This document shows positions 37,933 through 48,258 of a stretch of 64,000 nucleotides of DNA, in pieces; position 1 is the first letter of the stretch; every line of letters starts with the position of its first letter. The notes beneath the pieces were generated by a model. The model ran no database searches, had not been told where the DNA came from, and saw only the letters and a list, made by a program, of their open reading frames with translations. The translations under genes were made by a program, and so were the position numbers. The DNA lies in assembly GCA_035302345.1 (NCBI GenBank), contig DATGSS010000099.1, positions 3,332 through 67,331 on the forward strand. Reading direction: 5' to 3'. Origin of the DNA: Paenalcaligenes sp. (GTDB lineage: Bacteria; Pseudomonadota; Gammaproteobacteria; Burkholderiales; Burkholderiaceae_B).

Positions 37933-38775
37933 GTGAACAGCTTAAGCTCCCTATCATTTCTAAACTCTATCAAAAACCACTGGCTCCGTATCGGTGTGTT
38001 GTGCTGCGCTGTATTGCTGACCGCCTGCGGCACGTTTGAGCCAGAAAAAGATCCTACCGCCGGCTGGACCGCAGAGCAGCTTTATAAGGATGCCCGGGCC
38101 GAGATGGATGCAGGCAACTGGAACAATGCGCGCGAGCGCCTAGAAAGCATCGAAGCACGTTATCCTTTTGGTATACAGGCCCAACAGGCATTGATTGATC
38201 AGGCCTACGTCAACTGGAAAGACGACGAGCCCGAGCAGGCATTAGCCGCTATCGAACGCTTTCAGCGCCAATACCCCAACAGCCCAGGCAGTGACTACAT
38301 GCTGTACCTAAAGGGGCTCATCTCTTTTACGCCCCCCAGTGCTTTTTTAGCGCATATCACACGCCAAGATCCCAGTGAACGCGATCCCAAAGGGCTGCGC
38401 GAGTCTTTTGATGCCTTTAACGAGCTGATCACGCTATATCCCGATAGCCGTTATGCACATGACGCCAAATTACGTATGACCTGGTTGGTCAATACCATTG
38501 CTGAAAATGAGCTTAATGTCGCCCAATACTATTATCAGCGTGGCGCCTATGTGGCTGCGATCAACCGCGCCCAGCGCGTGATCACTGATTTCGAAGGGGT
38601 GCCAGCCGCAGAAAAAGCCCTATACATCATGTATTTGTCTTATGACAAACTGGGCCAAGAAGACCTACGCGACACCACTAAACGCGTGCTGGATGAAAAC
38701 TTTCCTGATTCGATTTATTACGAACAAGGCCTACGCGAGCCCACGAACTGGTGGAACCCCATTCACTGGCTCTAA
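37933..38775 (+). CDS. bamD: Outer-membrane assembly lipoprotein BamD (start uncertain)
   Basis: Lipobox LTAC; TPR-like repeats; RGAYVAAINRAQ; divergent from rluD. Confidence 0.93.
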   Translation: MNSLSSLSFLNSIKNHWLRIGVLCCAVLLTACGTFEPEKDPTAGWTAEQLYKDARAEMDAGNWNNARERLESIEARYPFGIQAQQALIDQAYVNWKDDEPEQALAAIERFQRQYPNSPGSDYMLYLKGLISFTPPSAFLAHITRQDPSERDPKGLRESFDAFNELITLYPDSRYAHDAKLRMTWLVNTIAENELNVAQYYYQRGAYVAAINRAQRVITDFEGVPAAEKALYIMYLSYDKLGQEDLRDTTKRVLDENFPDSIYYEQGLREPTNWWNPIHWL

Positions 38776-38823
38776 CCAAGCGCTCATTTCTAGGTCTACA
38801 CCCTAGAGGCGCGCGCTGTGCCC

Positions 38824-40908
38824 TCAGGATGCATCCAGGGTGGGCGCATCCTCAGACGCTGGCGCTGGCTCAGCTGCCTGATCAGGCGCTGCAGCCTCAT
38901 CGGGTACTGCAGTAGGGCGTACAAACGGCAAAGCCTGCTGCAAATTGCGCGTGCGGGAAAATGGAGGCAAGCTTTGCCATAAAAATCGACCATAGCCTTT
39001 TTCCACAATCCGTGTATCAGCAATCATCAGTACCCCGTGATCACTTTCGGTGCGAATAAGCCGCCCCGCCCCCTGCTTGAGCGCTATTGCTGCGGCGGGT
39101 AGCTGCAGACTGCGAAACGGATTGCCGCCATCGCGACGACATTGCTCGATCCGCGCGCTGATGACAGGGTCATCAGGGGGTGCAAAGGGCAGCTTGTCGA
39201 TGGCGACCACGGTCAAAGCATCGCCTGGGAAGTCGACCCCCTCCCAGAAACTGGCACTGCCCACTAAAACTGCGCGATCATGGGTGACAAAAGCCTTGAG
39301 TAACTGCGCTCGGCTCTGCTTGCCCTGCTGCAAAATGGTGCGCTGCTGGCCGGATTGCTCATCTTTTTGCTGTAAACGCGTCGCGATATCATCCACTGCA
39401 CGCAAAGTCGTACACAGCACCAAAGTGCCGCCCTCAGTGTTTTCGATCAGAGGCCATAACTGCTCGACAAAATGAGCGTTAAACTCGCGGCTATGCGGCA
39501 ACGGCATGGCCTGAGGTACAAATAAAGCAGCCTGCTTTTTATAATCAAATGGCGAGGGCCAATGACAAGTTTGAGGGTCCTGTAATCCCAGCTGTGCTAC
39601 AAAATGGCTAAAGTCACCGCGCACAGACAGGGTCGCCGAGGTAAAAATCCATGCTTGGTCGGCGGCCTTGGCCTGCCCAAAAACATGATTCACGGTCAAC
39701 GGCGCGCGATGAAAACGCAGCATTTGATCCGTGTTTTCTACCCAGCGCACTGCGGGTTGTTCTAACTGCGCTTGTGCTGCACTGTCAAGTAAATCATTGG
39801 CCTGATAAACACCATCTCTATCTGGCTGCGTCCACAAGAACAAGCGGCCATGCAAATCCAAGGCACGCTGATGCAGCGCCTTTAGGTCAGGATGATGCCC
39901 CTCGACAGCTGCCAAGCTACGCGCCAAAGCAGCCATTTGCGTGATTAACTCTGCCAATGTTGTATCTACCTGCGCGGCATCAGGGAGATCTTCGAAAGTG
40001 CTTTTTTGGCCCTTTTCGTGTTGTACCGCCAAACAGTCTAGTCGCAAACCATCGACGGTTTTCTTTAATTGCTCGCCGTGACGCGCCCAGTCGGATACCC
40101 CTTTGGCGTGTGCCTGCCCATGCACGATGAGGTCATTGGCAAAATCACGCAGCTGATACGAGGAAATAGATATGCCCAAAAAACGTGTTGCGGTCGCCGG
40201 CAGATGATGAGCCTCGTCAAAGATCACCGCCTGCACATCCGGCAGGAGATCGCACACCCCCTCTTCTCGGAGGGCCCAATCTGCCATAAACAAGGCGTGG
40301 TTAATCACGACGATATCGGCCTCTTGGGCACGGCGACGTGCTTTATAAACAAAGCAATCATTTATGAATGGGCATTCTTGGCCCAAACAGTTTTCACGGG
40401 TTGAGGTAACCTTGGACCAAATAGAGGCATGCTCGGGTACAGCGGGTAAATCGCTCTTGTCGCCCGTATCCGTGTGCTGCATAAATAAGCGGATTTGATG
40501 GTAGTCCTCGACCTCGCGGGTAGATTCAAAGGCATGCTCGTTGAGCCCGGCCTGCTCGAAATGATAATGGCAGAGGTAATTAGAGCGCCCCTTAAGGAGG
40601 GCTGCCGAGGCACTGGTCTGCAGGCCCTGGCAGAGCTCGGGCAAATCACGGTGATATAACTGATCCTGCAGCGTGCGCGTGCCAGTAGAAATTAAAGCCT
40701 TGCCCTCGGAAAGCAAGATCGGCACCAGATAGGCCCAGGTTTTACCTGTACCCGTGCCGGCCTCGGCTACGAGCACCTGATGTTGTTCGATGGCCTGCTC
40801 TACCGCCTGTGCCAGACCCAGCTGTTGTGACCGGGGCACATAACGTGAAAAGCTTTGGGCCAGGGGGCCATTAGCGGAAAAGACCTGAGCAAGAGCATCG
40901 GACAGCAT
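38824..40908 (-). CDS. yoaA: YoaA/DinG-family Fe-S DNA helicase
   Basis: EAGTGTGKT, KGRSNYLC, C..C..C, DEAH, TSATL, FWEGVD and QGAGRLIR motifs. Confidence 0.88.
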   Translation of the reverse strand: MLSDALAQVFSANGPLAQSFSRYVPRSQQLGLAQAVEQAIEQHQVLVAEAGTGTGKTWAYLVPILLSEGKALISTGTRTLQDQLYHRDLPELCQGLQTSASAALLKGRSNYLCHYHFEQAGLNEHAFESTREVEDYHQIRLFMQHTDTGDKSDLPAVPEHASIWSKVTSTRENCLGQECPFINDCFVYKARRRAQEADIVVINHALFMADWALREEGVCDLLPDVQAVIFDEAHHLPATATRFLGISISSYQLRDFANDLIVHGQAHAKGVSDWARHGEQLKKTVDGLRLDCLAVQHEKGQKSTFEDLPDAAQVDTTLAELITQMAALARSLAAVEGHHPDLKALHQRALDLHGRLFLWTQPDRDGVYQANDLLDSAAQAQLEQPAVRWVENTDQMLRFHRAPLTVNHVFGQAKAADQAWIFTSATLSVRGDFSHFVAQLGLQDPQTCHWPSPFDYKKQAALFVPQAMPLPHSREFNAHFVEQLWPLIENTEGGTLVLCTTLRAVDDIATRLQQKDEQSGQQRTILQQGKQSRAQLLKAFVTHDRAVLVGSASFWEGVDFPGDALTVVAIDKLPFAPPDDPVISARIEQCRRDGGNPFRSLQLPAAAIALKQGAGRLIRTESDHGVLMIADTRIVEKGYGRFLWQSLPPFSRTRNLQQALPFVRPTAVPDEAAAPDQAAEPAPASEDAPTLDAS

Positions 40909-41008
40909 AAGCAAGCAACTTAAAAAAATTAATACAACACGTTAAAACGATGATTCGAGTAAAATCCCCGATAACCATCAAATCCTTTATTTTACGTTGT
41001 CTATACGC

Positions 41009-43357
41009 ATGAATACATCAAATGTAGCTAATTTAACCTATACCCCCGACGCTAAGCGTATTGCCCAGCAACTCGCAGACGAGCTGAGCATCGCATTGGC
41101 CCATGTTGAGAGCACTATTGGCCTGCTGGACGAAGGGGCCACTGTGCCCTTTATCGCACGCTATAGAAAAGAGCTCACAGGGGGGCTCACAGACGAACAA
41201 CTACGCAACCTAGAACAGCGCCTAGAATATCTGCGTGAGTTAGAAGAGCGTCGTAAAACTATTATTGACAGCATTCAAGAACAAGACAAACTCACCCCGC
41301 CGTTGTTCGAGGCATTGCTGGCGGCAGAAACCAAACAGCGATTAGAGGATCTGTATGCCCCCTATCGCCCCAAACGTCGGACCCGCGCGCAAATCGCCCG
41401 AGAAGCAGGTATCGAGCCATTGGCAGATGCATTATTGGCCGATCCATCTGTCGATCCCGAGCAAGCTGCGCGCCCGTATGTGGGTGATGAGTCACCCTAT
41501 GATAACGTCAAAGGAGTATTAGATGGGGCACGCGACATCCTGGCCGAACGTTTTGCCGAGGATGCCGACCTGCGCAGCCACCTGCGCGATTATCTCTGGC
41601 GTCAGGGCTGGTTATATGCCGATGTGATCGAGGGCAAAGAAGACGAGGGGCGTAATTTCCGCGATTGGTTTCAATTTCGCGAGCCCATTCAACGCATTCC
41701 CTCGCACCGTTTGCTGGCCATTTTGCGAGGTCGACAACAAGACATCCTACGCCTACGTTTGGGACTAGACCCTGAACAAGAGGCCCTAGAACCCCACCCT
41801 TGCATCGTACAGATTGCGCGATATTTGGCTTTGCCCGTCGATGTCACACAACCACAAGGACCGGGCGAACAATGGTTAGCTACTGTTTGCCGTTGGACCT
41901 GGCGCGTACGCATGTTGCCATCATTTGAAACTGAAATCATCGGTGATCTCAACACACAGGCCGAAGAGGAGGCCATCCGGGTATTTGCGGAAAATCTACG
42001 CGATTTATTACTGGCCGCGCCCGCCGGGTTTAAAAATGTACTGGGACTAGACCCAGGCATTCGCACTGGCGTCAAAGCTGCTGTTATTAACCGCACTGCC
42101 AAAGTCGTGGATACCGACACTATTTACCCTTTTGCACCGCGCAATGATATTGCTGGCAGCATTAAAAAGCTCGCCGCGCTGATAGAGAAACACCAGGTTG
42201 AGCTCGTTGCCATCGGCAATGGGACTGCCAGCCGCGAGACCGAGGCCTTGGTCCGACAACTCAAGCAAGAACATCCCAAGCTAAATTTTGCCAACATCAC
42301 TATTTCTGAGGCAGGCGCATCAGTTTATTCTGCCTCTGAGTTAGGCAGCCAGGAACTCCCAGACTTAGACGTATCATTACGGGGTGCGGTTTCCATCGCC
42401 CGTCGCCTACAAGATCCTTTGGCAGAGCTGGTCAAAATAGAACCCAAAGCCATTGGGGTCGGCCAGTACCAACATGATGTTAATCAGCGCAATCTAGCGC
42501 GCTCACTGGATGCCGTAGTCGAGGATTGCGTAAACGCCGTAGGTGTCGAGGTAAACACGGCTTCGGCCGCCCTACTGGCGCGCGTTTCGGGGCTAACACC
42601 TAGCTTGGCAACAAACATCGTCCAGTGGCGTGAACAAAACGGTGCATTTCCGCACCGCAAGGCGCTATTAGATGTACCAAGATTTGGGCCCAAAGCCTTT
42701 GAGCAGGCAGCCGGCTTTTTACGCATTACAAATGGTGATAACCCCCTCGATGCGTCCGCCGTGCACCCCGAGGCCTACCCCGTAGTAGAAAAAATACTGC
42801 AGCGTTTGAATGCCTCGGCCCAAGAGGTTGTGGGCCAAACCCAGGCTCTAGATGCCTTGCAGCCTGCTGATTTTACCGATGAGCGATTTGGCCTGCCCAC
42901 CGTCCAAGATATTTTCAAAGAGCTCAAACGCCCCGGCCGCGACCCGCGTCCCGAGTTCAAAACGGCCCAATTCAAAGAAGGGGTCACAGCTATCACTGAT
43001 CTCACCGAAGGCATGCAGCTAGAGGGGGTCATTAGCAATGTCGCTAATTTTGGTGCCTTTGTCGATATTGGTGTGGGTCAGGATGGCTTGGTCCATATTT
43101 CTGAATTGGCCAATGAGTTTGTCCGCGACCCACGCGATCACGTACGCGTCGGGCAACCCGTCAAAGTTCGCGTCTTAGAGGTCGATTTAGAGCGCAAACG
43201 CATTAGTCTGAGCATGCGTGACCCGAATGCAGAGCAGGCGCCCAAATCCCGGCCTAACCCCAAATCACGACAGCGCCCTAAAACGGCACGTAAAAAAGCC
43301 GCCGAACGTGCTCCACAAGGTACCATGGCTGAGGCCTTTGCAAAACTCAAGCGCTAA
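41009..43357 (+). CDS. tex: Tex-family RNA-binding protein (S1)
   Basis: GATVPFIARYRKE, DPGIRTG, EAGASVYSAS and GVGQYQHD motifs; C-terminal S1 domain. Confidence 0.95.
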   Translation: MNTSNVANLTYTPDAKRIAQQLADELSIALAHVESTIGLLDEGATVPFIARYRKELTGGLTDEQLRNLEQRLEYLRELEERRKTIIDSIQEQDKLTPPLFEALLAAETKQRLEDLYAPYRPKRRTRAQIAREAGIEPLADALLADPSVDPEQAARPYVGDESPYDNVKGVLDGARDILAERFAEDADLRSHLRDYLWRQGWLYADVIEGKEDEGRNFRDWFQFREPIQRIPSHRLLAILRGRQQDILRLRLGLDPEQEALEPHPCIVQIARYLALPVDVTQPQGPGEQWLATVCRWTWRVRMLPSFETEIIGDLNTQAEEEAIRVFAENLRDLLLAAPAGFKNVLGLDPGIRTGVKAAVINRTAKVVDTDTIYPFAPRNDIAGSIKKLAALIEKHQVELVAIGNGTASRETEALVRQLKQEHPKLNFANITISEAGASVYSASELGSQELPDLDVSLRGAVSIARRLQDPLAELVKIEPKAIGVGQYQHDVNQRNLARSLDAVVEDCVNAVGVEVNTASAALLARVSGLTPSLATNIVQWREQNGAFPHRKALLDVPRFGPKAFEQAAGFLRITNGDNPLDASAVHPEAYPVVEKILQRLNASAQEVVGQTQALDALQPADFTDERFGLPTVQDIFKELKRPGRDPRPEFKTAQFKEGVTAITDLTEGMQLEGVISNVANFGAFVDIGVGQDGLVHISELANEFVRDPRDHVRVGQPVKVRVLEVDLERKRISLSMRDPNAEQAPKSRPNPKSRQRPKTARKKAAERAPQGTMAEAFAKLKR

Positions 43358-43406
43358 CCGGGCCCAAACATCAGCGACATATTAATTACAAATTAACGGT
43401 AAAAAT

Positions 43407-43467
43407 AAAAAAGACGCATTGTTAGCGCCTTAATAACTGCGGGGGCCACAAAGGCCCCCATTTTTTT
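43407..43467. terminator. Two opposed terminators between tex and the DUF5368 gene
   Basis: GGGGGCC-ACAAA-GGCCCCCA-T7 on + strand; AAGGCGC...GCGTCTTTTT on - strand. Confidence 0.75.
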
Positions 43468-43484
43468 AGTATCGCTACCAATAA

Positions 43485-43868
43485 TCAGCTGACCCGTGCA
43501 GTGGGTTTGGCTTTTTTCTGGATATGAGTAGGCCACAGTAGTGATTGCAAGGTATACACCAAAATAGCGCATCCTATCGCACCCAGCACTGCCACCCCTA
43601 GCAAGACCACAAAGTCCACAGGCCCACCTAAATCCACAAAACCCGAATCAGTGCTGCTCATCACCAACCAAACTGCCACGACTGCCCCGATGGGCATACT
43701 AAGCTGTGCCCAGAGAAATTTCTTTATTGACAGCGCCCTATCCCGTATTAACACATAGAAATAGGCCACCGTCACCACTACCACCAGAGCAAATAATGCC
43801 CAAAACAGGACGGGCCCAAACATTTCCTCTAAAACCGCAATCAGCGTTCCAATTGTTAATTCTTGCAT
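43485..43868 (-). CDS. DUF5368-like 3-TM membrane protein
   Basis: MQELT..TLIAVLEEM.G.LFW...TDSGF.DLGGPVD; AGGAG RBS; 13 bp after the SQR gene. Confidence 0.8.
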   Translation of the reverse strand: MQELTIGTLIAVLEEMFGPVLFWALFALVVVVTVAYFYVLIRDRALSIKKFLWAQLSMPIGAVVAVWLVMSSTDSGFVDLGGPVDFVVLLGVAVLGAIGCAILVYTLQSLLWPTHIQKKAKPTARVS

Positions 43869-43881
43869 CGCACTCTCCTGA

Positions 43882-45258
43882 TTAGGCTTTGCCACGTAAC
43901 ATGGCCAGATAAGTCGCTTTCAAGGCCCATACTTTCATCAACCAACTCAACCACAGCTCTTCTAATGGTGCGATCAGCCCAGGGAAAGACGGTAGTAAAT
44001 TATTTTCATAATCAAACTCCACCAACATGGCTTGCCCGACACGCGTAATCAGAGGACAAGAGGTATAGCCATCGTAATACACTTGGCTTTCTTGATCCTG
44101 CAATGCTGCCAGTAGCTGCGCCTCGACCACAGGGGCCTGCCACTTTACCGAAGCAGCCGTTTTGCCCTTGGGTACCCCAGCCACATCCCCTAATGCAAAT
44201 ACTTCCGGGTATTGAATGTGGCGCATGGTTTGTGGATCGACAGCAACCCAACCCTGCCCTAACCAACGATCACTCCAGCTCAAACCTGATTGACGAATGA
44301 CCTCGGGCGCACGTTGGGGGGGAATCACGTGTAAATAATCGTAGGGCATCTCATCTGTCTGCATGGTGACTTTGCCTGTTTCAGGATCTTGTATCGGCTG
44401 ATTAAACACAGCGATTCGACGCCCAGGCTCGATACGCTGTAAAGTACGATCGAAATGGCTTTGAATCCCCCTCTCGCCATAGAGCATACGAACCTTTTCT
44501 GCCACGATAGGCACAGAAAACAAAGTGTTCTGAGGACAAACATAATGCATCTCATAGCCAGTAGGACGGGGCCCTCGACTGGCCAAATCCTCGATTAAAA
44601 AAGTATGCTTTAGCGGCGCGCCTGCACACTTCATCTCGGTATTGGGACGGGTAGAAATAGCCACGCCCCCATTTTGAATGAATTGCTCAGCGGCTTGCCA
44701 AGTGCGTACCGCATAATCGGGGCCAGCATACAGACACCCTATGCCTTCCCGGCCCACTAAATCTAGTGAGAAGCCTTCAATGGCCTCATTATCCAAAACA
44801 AGCCCCGGCGCCACAATCAGAAAATCATAATCAATGCGTTGACCATCAGCAGTCGCCACCCATTTGGCCTCAGGGTCAATTTCAGCCACCATTTGATTAA
44901 TGTGCTGAATACCCTTGGGTAACCATTCTTTGGTTTTTGAAATTACATAGCTGGCGGGCTTTAACCCTGCCCCAACCAGGGACAATCCAGGCTGGTAATA
45001 GTGTTCGGCCCGTTGATCTATGATTGTTATCTTGCCGCCCTGCAAGCGTTGACTCAAACGATTAGCAATGGTGAGCCCAGCGGCCCCTGCACCCACAATC
45101 ACGATATGTGCCTGCGTTGATAAAAGTGATTGCGCTCGAGCTTCACCCCGTGGCAACACCCCCGCGGCAGCAAGCCCCCCAGCCAAGCCCAGCCCTAAAA
45201 TCTCTCGGCGACTGAAACCTGCCTGCTTTAACTCCTGGTTTGGGTTTAAATCTTTCAT
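43882..45258 (-). CDS. Tat-exported sulfide:quinone oxidoreductase-like flavoprotein
   Basis: SRREIL twin-arginine signal; GAGAAG, HYYQPG, KCAGAP, FALGD and GYTSCP motifs. Confidence 0.85.
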   Translation of the reverse strand: MKDLNPNQELKQAGFSRREILGLGLAGGLAAAGVLPRGEARAQSLLSTQAHIVIVGAGAAGLTIANRLSQRLQGGKITIIDQRAEHYYQPGLSLVGAGLKPASYVISKTKEWLPKGIQHINQMVAEIDPEAKWVATADGQRIDYDFLIVAPGLVLDNEAIEGFSLDLVGREGIGCLYAGPDYAVRTWQAAEQFIQNGGVAISTRPNTEMKCAGAPLKHTFLIEDLASRGPRPTGYEMHYVCPQNTLFSVPIVAEKVRMLYGERGIQSHFDRTLQRIEPGRRIAVFNQPIQDPETGKVTMQTDEMPYDYLHVIPPQRAPEVIRQSGLSWSDRWLGQGWVAVDPQTMRHIQYPEVFALGDVAGVPKGKTAASVKWQAPVVEAQLLAALQDQESQVYYDGYTSCPLITRVGQAMLVEFDYENNLLPSFPGLIAPLEELWLSWLMKVWALKATYLAMLRGKA

Positions 45259-45593
45259 GAACCAATTCCTTCATTGATGCCGCCTCAACCCTCATTGATA
45301 GAGGCACTTACTTTATGCTACATCAATTAAGAAATAATTAATATATAAATAAAATAACCATGTTGCGTTTTATCAAACTTTTAGATTTTAGTATCCATTA
45401 AAATTTTGAGCTTTTTAATTTACCCGCCTTGCTAACACTCTAATCCTGCATATAAACATTTAAAGCGGATTCCCTAAAAGCATTTCTTTTAAAGTAAGTG
45501 AAAGTCTGGGCATGCAACCAAGTTCAAAATTTGGCACAATAGCAACAGCCGACTTTTATAGGTGTTTAAGTAGATAAGAAAGGATATCCACAA

Positions 45594-46568
45594 ATGTTTA
45601 AACCGTTTTTGAAATCCACCGTGGGGGTGATGGCTGCCCTGTGCGTGAGCTCGGTCGCTGTGGCACAGCAGGACACTACCCGAATCATCGTGCCCTTTGC
45701 TGCGGGGGGCCCTATTGATGTGAGTGCACGTGTGTTAGCCGAGGCTGTCAAGGAGGACCTGGGCACCGTGATCGTAGAAAACAAGCCCGGTGCGGGCGGT
45801 AATATTGGGGTAGATTATGTCGCTAAATCTGACCCCGATGGTAAAACCATTGGTATTGCCACCTTGGCATCACACGCTGTAAACCCCTGGCTCTTTAGCG
45901 ATATGCCCTTTGATGCTGCGACTGACTTTGAGGCTGTCAGCCTGATGGTACTGGTGCCCAACGTACTAGTGATGAACAAAGAGCACGCTGACAAATTGGG
46001 CATCGATACACTAGAGGACCTAATCGCTTATGCCAAAGAACACCCTGGTGAGCTCGACTATGGCTCGGGCGGGAATGGTAGCGGAGGGCATTTAGCGGGT
46101 GAATTATTTAAAAACCAGGCCGAGGTTGATGTTGTGCATATCCCCTACAACGGCGGTGCCCCAGCACAAAAAGCATTGCTGTCCGCCGAGGTCGATTTTA
46201 CCTTTGATAACCTGGCCACAGCAGCACCCAACATTCAAAACGGTATGCTCAAAGCGCTAGCCGTCACTACGGACGAGCGTTCAGAAATTTTACCCGAGCT
46301 ACCCACCATGAAAGAAGGCGGTTTAGATGAGTTTTCAATTTCTACATGGTGGGGCTTGGTTGCTCCCGCTGGCACCCCTGCAGAAACCATAGAAAAACTC
46401 AATACGGCCTTTACCAACGGCATGCAAACCGAAGAGGTACAAGAGCGTTTTGGCAATTTATTGATCACCCCAATGCCCACTACTGCCGAAGAGTTTGACG
46501 AGCTCATGAGCGATGAGCGCAATCGCTATGAAACCATTGTCGAAATGGCAGGTGCCAAAGTCGATTAA
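45594..46568 (+). CDS. Bug/TctC substrate-binding protein
   Basis: IVPFAAGGPID, VENKPGAGG, YGSGG.GS.GHL and HIPYNG motifs. Confidence 0.93.
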   Translation: MFKPFLKSTVGVMAALCVSSVAVAQQDTTRIIVPFAAGGPIDVSARVLAEAVKEDLGTVIVENKPGAGGNIGVDYVAKSDPDGKTIGIATLASHAVNPWLFSDMPFDAATDFEAVSLMVLVPNVLVMNKEHADKLGIDTLEDLIAYAKEHPGELDYGSGGNGSGGHLAGELFKNQAEVDVVHIPYNGGAPAQKALLSAEVDFTFDNLATAAPNIQNGMLKALAVTTDERSEILPELPTMKEGGLDEFSISTWWGLVAPAGTPAETIEKLNTAFTNGMQTEEVQERFGNLLITPMPTTAEEFDELMSDERNRYETIVEMAGAKVD

Positions 46569-46589
46569 ATCCTATCAAATAGCACCAAC

Positions 46590-46622
46590 AAAAAGCCAGG
46601 CTTTTCTCGCCTGGCTTTTTTA
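46590..46622. terminator. Bidirectional terminator
   Basis: AAAAAGCCAGGC...GCCTGGCTTTTT. Confidence 0.88.
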
Positions 46623-46654
46623 TGCAATGTCACTACTTGTCAGATGCAGATTGC

Positions 46655-47440
46655 TTATTCCATAAACCAGCCATGGCTAACAACCAGTGACTGTCCTGTC
46701 ATCACATTGCTTTGAGCAGCGGCAAAAAACAACACAGCATCAGCCACATCATCAGTAGTTGTAAACTCACCGTCGACCGTGTCTTTGAGCATAACATTTT
46801 TGATGACTTCTTCCTCGGTAATGCCCAATTCTTGGGCCTGTTCTGGAATCTGTTTGTCCACTAAGGGCGTACGAACAAAACCAGGACAGACAACGTTGGA
46901 TGTCACATTATGGGCGGCACCTTCTTTAGCCAAGACACGTGACAAGCCTAACAGGCCATGTTTAGCAGTGACATAAGGTGCTTTGAGCATTGAAGCCTCT
47001 TTAGAGTGCACCGAGCCCATAAAAATGACGCGCCCGTAGTTCGCCTTGTACATATGCTTGAGGCAAGCACGAGTGGTTAAAAACGCACCATCAAGGTGAA
47101 TGGAAAGTAAACGTTTCCATTCATTGTAGGGAAAGTCGACCAAAGGGTGCACAATTTGGATACCCGCGTTACTGACAAGAATATCGACCTTGCCATATTT
47201 TTCTACGACGGCGTCAACGCCTGCGTTTACCTGCTCTTCATTGGTCACGTCCATTGCAACAGCAAAGGCATCTACACCGTGCGCTGACTTGATTGCATCG
47301 GCAGTGGCCTGGGCGGCTTCTAAGTTAAGATCAGCAATCACGGGAATCCCGCCCTCTTGAGCAAAACGGACGGCAATCTCTTTACCAATACCACTTGCCG
47401 AACCAGTGACCAGCGCTACTTGTTTTTCAAAACGAGCCAT
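46655..47440 (-). CDS. bdhA: D-3-hydroxybutyrate dehydrogenase
   Basis: [27 protein letters not shown] and [13 protein letters not shown] motifs. Confidence 0.92.
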   Translation of the reverse strand: MARFEKQVALVTGSASGIGKEIAVRFAQEGGIPVIADLNLEAAQATADAIKSAHGVDAFAVAMDVTNEEQVNAGVDAVVEKYGKVDILVSNAGIQIVHPLVDFPYNEWKRLLSIHLDGAFLTTRACLKHMYKANYGRVIFMGSVHSKEASMLKAPYVTAKHGLLGLSRVLAKEGAAHNVTSNVVCPGFVRTPLVDKQIPEQAQELGITEEEVIKNVMLKDTVDGEFTTTDDVADAVLFFAAAQSNVMTGQSLVVSHGWFME

Positions 47441-47499
47441 ATCTCTTCCTTTTAAAATGAGTTGTCAATTTAAATATAAATATAAATAGTGTTTTGGAA

Positions 47500-48258
47500 T
47501 TAGTCTGCGGCCAAATAATCGTGCACGATCTCTCCAAGCCCTAGGGTTAGATCAGCAATATAATGACTGGCAGAAACCACTTCACGCACGGGCAAACTTG
47601 CGACATCGCACATTGCATGCTCAAACAACTGCAGCTGCCCAGGCCCCTCCCAAGCCCCCTTGACCTCAACATCTTCCTGGTAATAACGGACCAGTTCGCA
47701 AACACGCGGTGTACAATCCACGTGAGGAATGATCTTGATCATAAAAGCCGGCTTGGTCATCGCCTGGGCTATTTTGTTTAAATCAACCTCGCGGTGTTTA
47801 TAACCCATGGTCGCATTGACACACAGCACAGAGCCATAATGCAAGGTTCCCACCAGGGTCTCTTGCTCATGGCGCATCTTGGGATACGCCAGTTTTTTGG
47901 GAAAGCCCCATATTTCACGACCTCCAGCGATGGGCGAGTTGTCATCCAAATACATAGAGTAGACAAACCCACCCTCTTGGACCTCGCCCTCTGGGGTCGT
48001 ATAACGCACAGGAATAACCTGTCCAGTTTCGGTGTAGTCACCAAAACCAGTAGAATCAGGCATACGAATAAACTCATAAGACACAATATCGCTAACCACC
48101 TCTAGCGGCTCTGGAACTACCGCGCGCAAGCGCTCAATATCCGTGCGATAATTAATTACAAAGAACTCACGGTTATAAAACTTATAAGGCGGCCGCGGAT
48201 AGGCTGGGTCGTGCAGCGGCATCGCAAAAGCTTTTTCACGAACTTCATTGATTTTCAT
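47500..48258 (-). CDS. adc: Acetoacetate decarboxylase
   Basis: [25 protein letters not shown] and GRE.WGFPKKL (Schiff-base Lys pair); ATGA overlap with the patatin gene. Confidence 0.92.
   Translation of the reverse strand: MKINEVREKAFAMPLHDPAYPRPPYKFYNREFFVINYRTDIERLRAVVPEPLEVVSDIVSYEFIRMPDSTGFGDYTETGQVIPVRYTTPEGEVQEGGFVYSMYLDDNSPIAGGREIWGFPKKLAYPKMRHEQETLVGTLHYGSVLCVNATMGYKHREVDLNKIAQAMTKPAFMIKIIPHVDCTPRVCELVRYYQEDVEVKGAWEGPGQLQLFEHAMCDVASLPVREVVSASHYIADLTLGLGEIVHDYLAAD

Noticed and set aside
45531-45550. TTGGCAC as a sigma54 promoter for the bug gene
   Set aside because: No GC at the required GG-N10-GC spacing.
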